Source of the DNA: Syntrophaceae bacterium
GTDB lineage: Bacteria > Desulfobacterota > Syntrophia > Syntrophales > Smithellaceae
Direction: 5' to 3'
Length of the DNA: 64,000 nt
NCBI GenBank assembly: GCA_025355345.1
Contig: JANXZU010000032.1
Location: forward strand, 81 to 64,080
Made by a program: the position numbers and the translations under genes. The notes below the pieces were generated by a model. It ran no database searches, was not told the origin of the DNA, and saw only the letters and a program-made list of their open reading frames with translations. This document shows, in pieces, positions 37,810-47,531 of the stretch; the stretch's first letter is position 1; every line of letters begins with the position of its first letter.

Positions 37810-39090
37810 ATGAAAATATTTACAAATTTATCAGTATTTTTTCTAGTCGCTTTTCTCTCGTTGAGTTCTGCGGCTTTTGCCCAACAAAAAGTGGTTACCA
37901 GCGAAGGCAGATATGTACTGAGCTTGCTGGATTCCAAAAAAGACGCGAAATCGCTGGCTTTGATGATTGCCAGGGGGAAGGCAATTGAACAGGCTATTGC
38001 CTATCTGGAGGGATTGGCGGAAGTTAAAAGTGCTTTGTTGACCAAAGATCAGATCAACACTTTGGCTATCAGCATTACTTCCGTCGATGTGCAGAGTGAA
38101 GACTGGAGATCGTCAGGGGAAATCGTATCGGTTGTAATTCCAATCCGTGCGGTTGTTGACATAACCAATCTGAAAAATAAAATAGCCAAAATACAGGAAG
38201 ATGATTATTCGGAAAGCATCAAGGAAACTCAAGGCAAAATGGCTAATTTGCAAAAGGAACTTGCGCGGTTGAAAGATTTACAGCAAAAGCAGGACATTGT
38301 TGAAAAAAAGGAATTCCCGGCAAAAGAACTACAACCAGCTAATGCCGAAGTAAAACCAACCCTGGCAACGCAAGCTGCGACAGTGAGTAAAGATCAACCG
38401 CTAAAAGAAATACAACCAACCGCTGCCGAAGTGAAGCCAAGCCCTATAGAGCAAGCTGCAGCGGAAAAGAAAGATTCGGCGTCAAAAGATCAAAAAACTG
38501 TTGCCGTTGCCACGACTGACGCTGTGGTGCCGAAACAAAAGCTGGAATCTTCGGAAGTCAAAAAGACTATCAGCAACGATGAAAAACAAAAATATGAAGG
38601 CGTACTGAAAAATGTTTTTGCTTTGGACTGCCTGGAAAAAGGCAATATAGCTCTGGGAGATCAGCGTTGGAATGATGCGCACTATGTATTCAGTAAAGCT
38701 ATTGAACTCAACCCGGATTTGGCAGAAGCCTACACCGGAAAGTCCTGCGCACTGCAGAACTTAAAACAGACGAAGGAAGCTCTCAAACAAATTGATACGG
38801 CATTGAAATTAAATCCTCAATCAGCCAGAACGCTTGGCATTAAGGCGTCTATTTTAAAAGATCAGCCGGGAAAGATTAAAGATGCCCTGATGGCCGTAAA
38901 TGATGCCATCAAACTAAAACCGGAGAACCCCAGATTTTACAAAATCAGAGCTGAAGTTTACGCGAAAATGGGCAAGAAAGCCCTGGCTCAAAAAGATTTT
39001 TCGGTGGCCTGCAATCTTGGGGCTAAAGAATCTTGTGACAAAACAAAAGTATTAAAACAAAAGCCTGAGGCTGCAAAAGCTAAACTATAA
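37810..39090 (+). CDS. secreted TPR-repeat protein with low-complexity linker
   Basis: GGAG Shine-Dalgarno sequence and an ATG at 37810. Signal peptide MKIFTNLSVFFLVAFLSLSSAAFA. C-terminal TPR-like repeats (AHYVFSKAIELNPDLAEAY...). Confidence 0.7.
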   Translation: MKIFTNLSVFFLVAFLSLSSAAFAQQKVVTSEGRYVLSLLDSKKDAKSLALMIARGKAIEQAIAYLEGLAEVKSALLTKDQINTLAISITSVDVQSEDWRSSGEIVSVVIPIRAVVDITNLKNKIAKIQEDDYSESIKETQGKMANLQKELARLKDLQQKQDIVEKKEFPAKELQPANAEVKPTLATQAATVSKDQPLKEIQPTAAEVKPSPIEQAAAEKKDSASKDQKTVAVATTDAVVPKQKLESSEVKKTISNDEKQKYEGVLKNVFALDCLEKGNIALGDQRWNDAHYVFSKAIELNPDLAEAYTGKSCALQNLKQTKEALKQIDTALKLNPQSARTLGIKASILKDQPGKIKDALMAVNDAIKLKPENPRFYKIRAEVYAKMGKKALAQKDFSVACNLGAKESCDKTKVLKQKPEAAKAKL

Positions 39091-39158
39091 TCCCAGGCAT
39101 GAACTCCAAAGCAAACTGAAAGGTACTATACCCGTGATTTCTTGAAAACAACTTGATA

Positions 39159-40841
39159 TTAGTTACTTTGGGGGACTGTAGCTGCCGGAGGCTTTACCGG
39201 AACAGGATCCGGCGATTTCGGAGTTTGCACAGGCATTGGATCGGTAGGCTTAACTGGCTGAGTTATTAGAGAATCGGAAGCCTTAACAGGCTGTCCTGGC
39301 AATTGTTGGGTGGCTTTAACAGGTTGTGACGGCAGCGCGGCTTCCGGAGCTTTAACCGGCTGAGCGGGCAAAGGCTCGGGAACCTTAACTGCCGTTGACG
39401 GATCAATAATTTTCCCCCCAATATTTTTGAGTAATTTCTGGAATTCACTGTTTGCGTAAAGAAGACGGCCGGCAACTTCGCGCAATTTATCCACTTGCTC
39501 TACCGGTAACTCCAAAGAAGTTGGAATACCCAAAAAATATTCCTGCTCCGCACTATCCGGCAATCTGTGAAAAGTCACATGAATAATGAAAAATTCAATC
39601 GGTTTTTTGCCCTGTGACTCGTCCTCGTATGTCCAATCCTGCGCATATCGGTGCAGAAGCTCAATTGTTTCAAAATTATATTTATTGATCATAATGTCGG
39701 AAGACGCGTTTAAAGTCAGACTTAAGCCGGGAATCCTGCCATATAATCCCCATTCCTTTTGCTCTTTATTTTGGGCATCAACAATGATTATCGCCACTTT
39801 ACGGGTGTTTGCCAACCCCTGTTCTTTTAAGACATCACGGAGATGACCGCGGGAAATGATAGATTCCAGTGGTCCCCGAATACCGAGATTATCCGATACT
39901 CCACCGTCAATAAGATAGATGTATGGCTTTTCTTCAGTATTGAGAAATTTGGTCAGCTCCACGGCATTAAAGTAAGCCCGGTCCATGAAATCGCGCCGTT
40001 CCAGCGCTTTGGTGACCCAGGGCGGCACAGGGCAATTGCACTGCCCGGCATAATTTTTCATGACTATGGGTGATAAAGGGCCGGGGAAAGCAGCTGAAGC
40101 GGCAACAGCTCTGGCAACAGGAAAATCTTTGTAATTAGAACACATCATATAGAACATGCCGGGAGTAAAACTGAAGATGAAGCCGTCCATTGCATCGGTC
40201 GCCTGGATAATTATATCGGGATGGCCACTTTTCAAAAAATCTCCCATTTTAGCGCCTTTAAAAAGAACCGAATCGTAATATTCCTGCGCCATATCGCTTC
40301 TGCCGAAGCGGGAAGACATTAATCGAAACCAAAAATTGACCGGATTTAAAAAATTCCATAAAAGAGTGGATTGATGATCCTTTAACAGAAAATCTTCCCT
40401 GTAACTTTTGAATATATCTTTACCATGCAGCCCGTAATAGGCGGCAGTAAAACTTCCTCCCGATACGCTGGAAATAATATCGACTTCGTCCAGAAGGGTA
40501 TGCTTTTTATCGCTTAGTGGCGCGTCTTTCTCTATTGTCTGCACCGGAACCTCAACTCGCTCTAAAGCCTCCAAAATCCCATAAGACATTGCGGCCGCGC
40601 GTGTGCCGCCACCGGAAAAAGCAAGCAGCACCAGCAACGGATCTGAACGTTGCTGAGATAACAAATTACCCTTTGCCGCCTCAGGCGACGCTGCCTGAGT
40701 AATAGCAGCTACCTTCGGATTCAAGGGATATTGCGATGCACACGATAATAGCAATAGAAGGATCAGCAAAATAAATATTAGGCGGATCATCGTCCTGAAA
40801 AAACCGACTGGTGTATTCTGTTTTAAATAATATTTTTTCAT
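39159..40841 (-). CDS. patatin-like phospholipase lipoprotein with Pro-rich C-terminal repeats
   Basis: Lipobox LLSCAS, plus GGGTRAAAMSYG, SSVSGGS (GxSxG) and DGGVSDNLG. The tail has a periodic QPVK motif. Confidence 0.8.
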   Translation of the reverse strand: MKKYYLKQNTPVGFFRTMIRLIFILLILLLLLSCASQYPLNPKVAAITQAASPEAAKGNLLSQQRSDPLLVLLAFSGGGTRAAAMSYGILEALERVEVPVQTIEKDAPLSDKKHTLLDEVDIISSVSGGSFTAAYYGLHGKDIFKSYREDFLLKDHQSTLLWNFLNPVNFWFRLMSSRFGRSDMAQEYYDSVLFKGAKMGDFLKSGHPDIIIQATDAMDGFIFSFTPGMFYMMCSNYKDFPVARAVAASAAFPGPLSPIVMKNYAGQCNCPVPPWVTKALERRDFMDRAYFNAVELTKFLNTEEKPYIYLIDGGVSDNLGIRGPLESIISRGHLRDVLKEQGLANTRKVAIIIVDAQNKEQKEWGLYGRIPGLSLTLNASSDIMINKYNFETIELLHRYAQDWTYEDESQGKKPIEFFIIHVTFHRLPDSAEQEYFLGIPTSLELPVEQVDKLREVAGRLLYANSEFQKLLKNIGGKIIDPSTAVKVPEPLPAQPVKAPEAALPSQPVKATQQLPGQPVKASDSLITQPVKPTDPMPVQTPKSPDPVPVKPPAATVPQSN

Positions 40842-40916
40842 AATTGCGATAAAAGTTACTTTTAAATCATATAACAGTCAAGGGGAATATTTTAATAATC
40901 TTTACTTTCTATCATG

Positions 40917-41597
40917 TCAAAGCACAGAAAACTCAATGTTGCCAAAGCATTCAGGAAGATGAAAATTCAGCTCATTAACAGGTGACCATGCGCCCCAGTG
41001 CGGATGAGAGGTTTCATTGCCGCATTTGTAAAAATTGCCCCGCCAGGTTTGGCCGCATATCTCACCCAAGTGCCCCGCATATTTGGCAAGCACTGCAAAG
41101 GGAATGGAGAATTCTAAAAACCATATTTGCTTGTTTGTGATCTCCGGGTCAACTATATCAGGCAAGTTGGAATAACGTCGGATCTGCTGATCATCTTGCG
41201 GTGTTATTGGTGTGCATTCTTTAACTCTTCCACCTATTCGTGCGGGATCAGTCACATAAGACGCGAGCAGCGATCCTCCGCAGTTGAACTCAAAATTGAA
41301 GTAACCGCCTGTGGACTTTGGCTGCAAAAATATTTCCACACAGCTGTCTTTATAAACGTCTGTCTGAAAGCCCTTATTTACACAGCGTACATACTGATCA
41401 TCTACCCGGAATATTCCATAAATATTTTTCTGATCATAAAGCAGCTTAAACAACGTCTGTGGACGATGGGCGCTGCCATCCGGACGGAAGTTGTCTATTG
41501 CCAGGGCAGGCGCGTTCTGCCAAACAACCCCGTCCCATAAGCCCTGCAGCTCCGGATAATTTTTGGTTACTAAAACTTTGTAGTTTTTAATATTCAT
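40917..41597 (-). CDS. carbohydrate-binding family 9-like domain protein
   Basis: The LYDQKNIYGIFRVDD...DSCVEIFLQP...YFNFEFNCGG pattern recalls CBM9-like/DOMON-type modules. Confidence 0.5.
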   Translation of the reverse strand: MNIKNYKVLVTKNYPELQGLWDGVVWQNAPALAIDNFRPDGSAHRPQTLFKLLYDQKNIYGIFRVDDQYVRCVNKGFQTDVYKDSCVEIFLQPKSTGGYFNFEFNCGGSLLASYVTDPARIGGRVKECTPITPQDDQQIRRYSNLPDIVDPEITNKQIWFLEFSIPFAVLAKYAGHLGEICGQTWRGNFYKCGNETSHPHWGAWSPVNELNFHLPECFGNIEFSVL

Positions 41598-41604
41598 GCA
41601 TTGA

Positions 41605-43242
41605 TTATCTGGTCATAACAAATTTTTGTTCGCCTTGAGGAACGTACCATTTGATGAAGTTGTAATCGAGCCCGATGGGAGCAGGCTCAATGCCCCGGAA
41701 GCGACTGCTGATAATGATCAATTCTTCGGGAACGTATAAGAAAGTATAGGGTTGATCTTCGGCAATGATTTCCTGAAAACGGTCGTAATATTTTTTTCTC
41801 AGGCTCTGGTTAAAGGTGCTACGGCCCTTCTCCAGCATCTCATCGGCTTGGGGATTATTATAGGACATGAAATTCAGTTCTTCGGGAGCTGTTTTACTGG
41901 AGTGCCAGACATCATAAGCATCCGGATCGAGAGATATAGACCAACCCAGAATAACGGCATCAAAACGCCGCTTATTGATGAAATCTGTCACAAATGATGA
42001 CCATTCCAGAATACGAATCTTAACAGTGATACCCACATCTTTAAGCTGCCGCTGAATTATTTCCGCGCATTTCTGCCGCGTATCATTGCCCTGGTTGGTG
42101 ACTATCTCAAAGACAAAGGGTTTGCCGTCTTTCTCCAAAATACCTGTGCCTTTAGTATCCTTCCAGCCCGCATCAGCAAGCAACTGCCTGGCTTTTTGCG
42201 GATTGTAATTATAAATTTTAACATTGCCGTTATACGCCCATGATCCCGGTTTGTAAGGGCCGGTTGCCGCCTTACCCAAGCCCAGCAGAACGCCGCTGAT
42301 AATTTCTTCCTTGTTGATAGCATAAGAAATTGCCTGCCGTATTCTCTTATCGGTAAAAAGCGGGTTTTTTAAATTATAGCCTAAATAAACATACTTAAAA
42401 CCGAGGTAGCGATATTTCTTAAAATTCTCTTTAAATAAATTATTTTCAGTCTGTCGTGTGTATTGCAACGGCGTCAGATCCATCATACTGATGCCCTGGG
42501 CGCGCAGCTCCAGAAACATTGTTGCCGTATCGGGAATAATGCGGGTGATGAAACCATCAATATACGGGCGTCCTTCAAAATAATCAGGATTGGAAATAAG
42601 CACAATCTTCTGGCCGGCGACCCATTCCTTGAACTTGTAAGGACCGGTACCTATTGGGTGCCTTGAAAGCGGGCTTTTGGTAATGTCTTTGCCTATAAGT
42701 AAATGTTTGGGAAGAATAGAATTACCCCAGCTGATCAACGCCGGGGCGAAAGGCTTATCGTAAGTCACACGGAAAGTGTAAGCATCAAGAGCTTCAGCTT
42801 TCTTAACCTTCAGAAAATCACCGGCGTAAGCCGTAGGCGTTTTTGGATCAACTGTAACCTGGTAGGTGAAAAGAACATCAGCTGACGTAAAAGGCTGCCC
42901 GTCATGCCATTTAACGCCTTTGCGCAAATGGAAAGTAATAACAAGACCATTTGGCGAGACATCCCACGTCTGCGCCAGATCGCCGATTATTTTCATGTCT
43001 TTGCCGTATTTCACCAGGCCGCTGTAAACCATCCCGGCAATATTGTGTGAAGCCCCATCGGAAGCCAAAAGCGGAATCAGGTTACTGGCCTCGCCGATAT
43101 CGCCCCTGACCAGAATATCGCCGTAAGCCGGAAGACCTGCTTCAAGCTTATTGAGCTTATCTGCCGAAGGCGCCTTATCACAAGCTGTGAAAAGAATTAC
43201 GGCCAGAAATAGTAAATGGGAAAAACGAAATGATTGCATCAT
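41605..43242 (-). CDS. ABC-transporter substrate-binding protein, family 5 (peptide/nickel type), orphan
   Basis: Lipoprotein-like signal (FTACDK) and 545-aa OppA/DppA-like architecture. No permease or ATPase genes are adjacent. Confidence 0.8.
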   Translation of the reverse strand: MMQSFRFSHLLFLAVILFTACDKAPSADKLNKLEAGLPAYGDILVRGDIGEASNLIPLLASDGASHNIAGMVYSGLVKYGKDMKIIGDLAQTWDVSPNGLVITFHLRKGVKWHDGQPFTSADVLFTYQVTVDPKTPTAYAGDFLKVKKAEALDAYTFRVTYDKPFAPALISWGNSILPKHLLIGKDITKSPLSRHPIGTGPYKFKEWVAGQKIVLISNPDYFEGRPYIDGFITRIIPDTATMFLELRAQGISMMDLTPLQYTRQTENNLFKENFKKYRYLGFKYVYLGYNLKNPLFTDKRIRQAISYAINKEEIISGVLLGLGKAATGPYKPGSWAYNGNVKIYNYNPQKARQLLADAGWKDTKGTGILEKDGKPFVFEIVTNQGNDTRQKCAEIIQRQLKDVGITVKIRILEWSSFVTDFINKRRFDAVILGWSISLDPDAYDVWHSSKTAPEELNFMSYNNPQADEMLEKGRSTFNQSLRKKYYDRFQEIIAEDQPYTFLYVPEELIIISSRFRGIEPAPIGLDYNFIKWYVPQGEQKFVMTR

Positions 43243-43356
43243 TCAAGTTAGCGCAGGCAACGTATGTTTGCAACAATAATTTCACTTTGACCTACTGCTA
43301 ATTAAGTTGTAAGAATAATAATATATAATCTTGCGACAAAACATCAGGACATCTTA

Positions 43357-44925
43357 ATGTTTTTATCAAAATTACAATTGTTAAGCCGCAATAAGGTGCG
43401 CACCGAATCATTAAAAATGAAGGCTGCCAGCGGTTGGGACATATTGTCGGACGCGTTGAAAAATTACAGCGCTAATGGTGATGCCAATCAGGCGGCAGCC
43501 ATTGCTCTCTATGCTATTTTGTCGGCAATCCCCCTTTTTGTGCTGACAATAATCGCAACCGAATATGTTTTCAGCTCTTATCCGCATATTCAAACCGACA
43601 TCGTTGATTACATCAGATGGTTTAATCCTTACTTTTCTGAAAAAATATTGGTTCAATTGGGTCAAATTGAACAGAAAAGGCATCTGATGGGCTGGTTGGG
43701 AGTGCTCGGCCTGATCTGGCTTTCCACTCAAATTTTTAATTCAATAGAAGCCGCACTAAACATTACTTTTCATTCGACCAAAAAACGCAATTTTATCGTT
43801 TCTAAATTATTGGCAATAGCCATGATACCAATGGGATGGATTGTAGGCGGGGCCAGTGTGCTAATCAGTTATATAACCGCGATAATCGTACGGCACCCGG
43901 TTGTATTATCAAGTGGAGCAGGCTTATATCTTTCAACCCTGTCGGGGATACTCTTGCAATATGTCGTTCCATACTTAGTTACTGTAATTTTCTTCAGCAT
44001 TCTTTACCGGGTCATTCCTACAGCCAAAATCAAACTTCTGGTAGCTTTGGTTGGCGGCGCAATCTTTGCACTTTTGATGGAAATCGCCAAACAGTTTTTT
44101 ACCTGGTATATTTCAAATTATGCACGTTATGATGTAATTTTCGGGTCTTTGGAAGCACTAGTCATTCTGATTATCTGGGTATTTTATGTCGCCTTAATTT
44201 TTCTTTTTTGCGCAGAAATTATGTCGTCTTATCAGCGCCGCAATATTCTTTTGCTGAAAAAAGCAATCCTCAAACCACCGCAAAACACTATGAGGATTGA
44301 CGAGCGTCTTTTTAAAAAATTCGGCCGTACTTATGAGAAAGACAGCATTATTTTCAATGAAGGCGATAGCGGAGATGAAATGTTTTATGTGCTCTCCGGG
44401 CATGTTTGCCTGGAAAAAGTTGACTGTCATGTAAAAAAAGTATTGGCCAAAATTGGTCCGGGGCAGTATTTTGGCGAAATGGCCGCGCTTATTGATATCT
44501 CAAGGGCCGCAACTGCGCGCGTTACAGAGGATAGCAACCTGGCCGTTATTGACGGTAAAACTTTTGGCGATATGGTGAGGGAAAGTCAAGACATTGCCAT
44601 GCATATGCTTAAAGAATTTTCGCGCAGGTTAAAAAACTCCAATATGGCGATTGAAGAGTTAACTAACCTTTGGACGCGAATGGCTATTGTCATTTATTTT
44701 ATGGATAATTACGGCGCAAATGTCGAAGATCATTTGCCGCGACTCACTTTGATTACCCAAAAAGAACCGGCAGAGATTAGAGATATTTTAAAAGAACTGG
44801 CGCAAGAAGGAATGGTCATCATCCGCAATGATCTGATAATAGAAGTAGTACGGGAGAAGATGTGGTTCCTGCTTCATTCCGGCGCTCTGAAGAAATGCAC
44901 TATTGATGATATTGACAAAATTTGA
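43357..44925 (+). CDS. YihY/BrkB-family membrane protein fused to a cyclic-nucleotide-binding domain
   Basis: N-terminal ANQAAAIALYAILSAIPLF with 6 TM helices (YihY). C-terminal FNEGDSGDEMFYVLSG...GPGQYFGEMAAL...RAATA (cNMP-binding beta-roll). Confidence 0.75.
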   Translation: MFLSKLQLLSRNKVRTESLKMKAASGWDILSDALKNYSANGDANQAAAIALYAILSAIPLFVLTIIATEYVFSSYPHIQTDIVDYIRWFNPYFSEKILVQLGQIEQKRHLMGWLGVLGLIWLSTQIFNSIEAALNITFHSTKKRNFIVSKLLAIAMIPMGWIVGGASVLISYITAIIVRHPVVLSSGAGLYLSTLSGILLQYVVPYLVTVIFFSILYRVIPTAKIKLLVALVGGAIFALLMEIAKQFFTWYISNYARYDVIFGSLEALVILIIWVFYVALIFLFCAEIMSSYQRRNILLLKKAILKPPQNTMRIDERLFKKFGRTYEKDSIIFNEGDSGDEMFYVLSGHVCLEKVDCHVKKVLAKIGPGQYFGEMAALIDISRAATARVTEDSNLAVIDGKTFGDMVRESQDIAMHMLKEFSRRLKNSNMAIEELTNLWTRMAIVIYFMDNYGANVEDHLPRLTLITQKEPAEIRDILKELAQEGMVIIRNDLIIEVVREKMWFLLHSGALKKCTIDDIDKI

Positions 44926-44973
44926 ATGCCTTATTATATATTTGAATACTGTTTAAAAAGGGAATTACAATTG

Positions 44974-45483
44974 ATGCAAACAAAAACTAAAATCAGGCAA
45001 CCCGCGAGGGAAGCATATTCCAAAGCTAAATCTTCTACAGGTGGCCGTCGCACCCAGGTGCGCAGATCGGGCGTGCACGGAAAGGGCGTCTTTGCTATCC
45101 GGCCAATAAAGGCAGGTGAAAGATTGTTGGAGTACAAGGGCAAAATCATTACCTGGAAACAGGCTCAGAACCGCCACCCCCACGACCCAAACCAGCCCAA
45201 CCACACCTTTTACTTCCACCTCGATGATGACCACGTTATCGACGGCAAATACCAGGGCAACTCAGCTAAATGGGTCAATCACTCCTGCACACCTAATCTC
45301 GAAGCCGAGCAGGATGGCAAACGCGTTTTCCTTAAAGCCCTGCGCGACATCAAAGTTGGCGAGGAGCTCTTTTACGACTATGCGCTGATGATCGACGCTC
45401 GCAAGACGGCCAAGCTCAAAAAAGAATATGAATGTTTCTGCAGTGCCCCCGACTGTCGCGGCACTATGCTGGCCTGCAAATAG
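44974..45483 (+). CDS. SET-domain protein-lysine methyltransferase-like protein
   Basis: VRRSGVHGKGVFA, NHSCTPN and GEELFYDY motifs, plus a post-SET Cys cluster CFCSAPDCRG. Confidence 0.8.
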   Translation: MQTKTKIRQPAREAYSKAKSSTGGRRTQVRRSGVHGKGVFAIRPIKAGERLLEYKGKIITWKQAQNRHPHDPNQPNHTFYFHLDDDHVIDGKYQGNSAKWVNHSCTPNLEAEQDGKRVFLKALRDIKVGEELFYDYALMIDARKTAKLKKEYECFCSAPDCRGTMLACK

Positions 45484-45528
45484 TAAAGGTCAGGAACAGA
45501 TGTTTTACACTTTGGGATAATCCCCTGG

Positions 45529-46179
45529 TCATTCCGGATAGCCAACCGTCTGTGCCAGGGTGATCTTTTGAGTGTCCTTCAAATTCATGGATTTGGCTAG
45601 AGCATCTTTATCAAGCATGCCCCGAACGACTGTGGCCAGGCCCTCGGAAGCACAGTACAGATAAACATTCTGGCTGATGAAACCGGTATCAGTCGCTGAA
45701 TAAAAATTCTTTTCCTCGACATCGGCTTTACTGATTTTGGAAAAATCGGCAACATAAATTAAATTTACCGGCGCTTCTTTTACGAAAGATTGCTTCCCCG
45801 TTAACGCCCGAATATCACGATTCAGAACAGGCTTTAAAGTATGCTCTTTGGCGTTATAAAGGTAAAGCCCTTCCGCCATGGCAACATAGACATCAATTTC
45901 CTGCCAATTCACAGCAGAAGGCGAAGTTCGTTTGCCTGAATCCGGCCGGTTGATCCCGCAGGCTGCCCAGAGAAGATTGGAAAGTATTTGCACCGGCAGT
46001 TTTTTTGTACTGAAATCGCGGGATGACTTTCTTGCCTGCAGAGCCTGCATCAGGGACTTACCGCTGTTGAGATTCGGTGCAGGAAGTTTGATCGGAGTTA
46101 ATTCGGCCGCCCACGATACTGTATTAAAAGAAATTATAATTAATGCCATTGTAACTGCTAAAAACGACTTTTTAAACAT
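45529..46179 (-). CDS. secreted nitroreductase-family (SagB-like) protein
   Basis: Signal peptide, then RKSSRDFS...LSNLLWAACGINR, typical of the nitroreductase fold. Confidence 0.7.
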   Translation of the reverse strand: MFKKSFLAVTMALIIISFNTVSWAAELTPIKLPAPNLNSGKSLMQALQARKSSRDFSTKKLPVQILSNLLWAACGINRPDSGKRTSPSAVNWQEIDVYVAMAEGLYLYNAKEHTLKPVLNRDIRALTGKQSFVKEAPVNLIYVADFSKISKADVEEKNFYSATDTGFISQNVYLYCASEGLATVVRGMLDKDALAKSMNLKDTQKITLAQTVGYPE

Positions 46180-46270
46180 TATATACCCTCCTTCATTTCT
46201 GATGAATATTAATATTATCTTACCCCGTAATCAAGTTGTGCACAATCAATAATCATGGCTCTCTAAACAA

Positions 46271-46561
46271 TTATGTAGAGTACGCCAAAATGGAATCGAA
46301 ACTTTTTATAAAATTATCAGGCCGCAGCTTATGGCTGTTATATTCACTATAGTGAGGATTTAACATGTATTTTTCTTCAGTCGCAAAATGCATTTGGGCA
46401 AAAATTATTACTTTTGCCAATAACTCCTCAAGAATATCATTTCCTTTTCTGGCTCTCATCCCATCAAATAATTCATTTATTTTTGATATCCAATTTTTAT
46501 GTTGTTCATCTCAGCTATCAATTCCTACTGAAAGCTCAGCACTCCATGTCATCAGCGGCAT
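46271..46561 (-). pseudogene. bacteriohemerythrin-like gene with an in-frame TGA and a degenerate, shortened C-terminus
   Basis: MPLMTWSAELSVGIDS-TGA(46511-46513)-DEQHKNWISKINELF...HFATEEKYM. The expected second His of the HxxxH box reads HKLRP, and the ORF ends after about 96 codons. Confidence 0.6.
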
Positions 46562-46563
46562 AT

Positions 46564-46851
46564 TTAACTCCTCTTTGTAAATATGTTTTTTGATGTATTT
46601 TCTCGATATTTTAATGTCAGCGCCATATCTATAGCAACAAGGGTTGAGTTTAAAAAATACAGGCAGATTACTTCATCAAGGGTACCGTATATTTTAAAAA
46701 AAATTCCGGAGACATAGCCCAACAAAATAATGCCAAGGAAAAACATGCTTTTACTTGTCGATGTCTTTGTTTTCCATGTTCTGTATATTGAAAATGGCCA
46801 AGCGAGGCCGAAACAAAATAACATGATTGTTTCAAAAATTTTTACTTCCAT
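46564..46851 (-). CDS. small 3-TM membrane protein (PQ-loop/SemiSWEET-like, weak)
   Basis: 95 aa with three hydrophobic helices. AWPFSIYRTWKTKTS resembles a PQ-loop segment. AAGGA Shine-Dalgarno sequence upstream. Confidence 0.35.
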   Translation of the reverse strand: MEVKIFETIMLFCFGLAWPFSIYRTWKTKTSTSKSMFFLGIILLGYVSGIFFKIYGTLDEVICLYFLNSTLVAIDMALTLKYRENTSKNIFTKRS

Positions 46852-46864
46852 ATTTTCCTTTTTA

Positions 46865-46930
46865 AGTTAACAAATAAAATCAGCTGGAGCAGGTTTCAAC
46901 CAAGCGATCAGCCGGTTTGTCTGGTTAAAT
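46865..46930 (-). repeat. attC-like imperfect palindrome C
   Basis: Minus strand: ATTTAAC-52 nt-GTTAACT (RYYYAAC / GTTRRRY-like; the boxes are 6/7 complementary). The SD and ATG of the next ORF follow within 20 nt. Confidence 0.45.
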
Positions 46931-46969
46931 GTTTATTCTTAATGATTGATAATAAATATCAAAGCTTCG

Positions 46970-47446
46970 CTAAACCCATCGCCTTACTGTTGCCAAATAA
47001 TTTAAATATTCTTCCCCAAATTTTTGTGACAGATAGGTTTCTTCAGGTTTAACCGCTTTAAATAATAGAAAGAAATAAAGGAGCGGTATAGAAACAAATA
47101 ACCAAATCGAAGACATTAAAACAGCAATTCCAAATAATAAAAGCATTAGCGAAAGGTACATTGGATTTCGAGAAAATCGATAAGCACCATCTGTTACTAT
47201 TTTGGTGGTCGATTTTGATGGATTGAATGAAGTTTTATGCTTGATAAGCACAAAAAATGCGCTCCCGGCAAAATAACCGGAAGTGAGAATAAATATGCAG
47301 CCGATAATAACACGAAGTATCGGTGTAAGACTAATCAGATGAATTGGGAAAAAGTATTGCATAAAAAGGCCACATCCAAAACATACAAAGAAAAATACCG
47401 GTGGTGGTATACGTATGGCTGCTGAATCCTTGATATTCTTTTCCAT
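46970..47446 (-). CDS. isoprenylcysteine carboxyl / phospholipid methyltransferase-family membrane protein
   Basis: GAYRFSRNPMYLSLMLLLFG and EETYLSQKFGEEYLNYLATVRRW are the ICMT/PEMT signature. Confidence 0.75.
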   Translation of the reverse strand: MEKNIKDSAAIRIPPPVFFFVCFGCGLFMQYFFPIHLISLTPILRVIIGCIFILTSGYFAGSAFFVLIKHKTSFNPSKSTTKIVTDGAYRFSRNPMYLSLMLLLFGIAVLMSSIWLFVSIPLLYFFLLFKAVKPEETYLSQKFGEEYLNYLATVRRWV

Positions 47447-47531
47447 AATTAACCTTATTGAGCATTTAGCGGCGGAGCTGAGCAACAATTATTATATGTA
47501 ATCATTAATGTGCCGGTTTAAAAAATATTTG
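47447..47531 (-). repeat. degenerate attC-like spacer D
   Basis: Ends in GTTAATT directly before the ATG and shares GCTCAGCT with sites A and B. No convincing RYYYAAC box is present at the ORF-proximal end. Confidence 0.25.
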
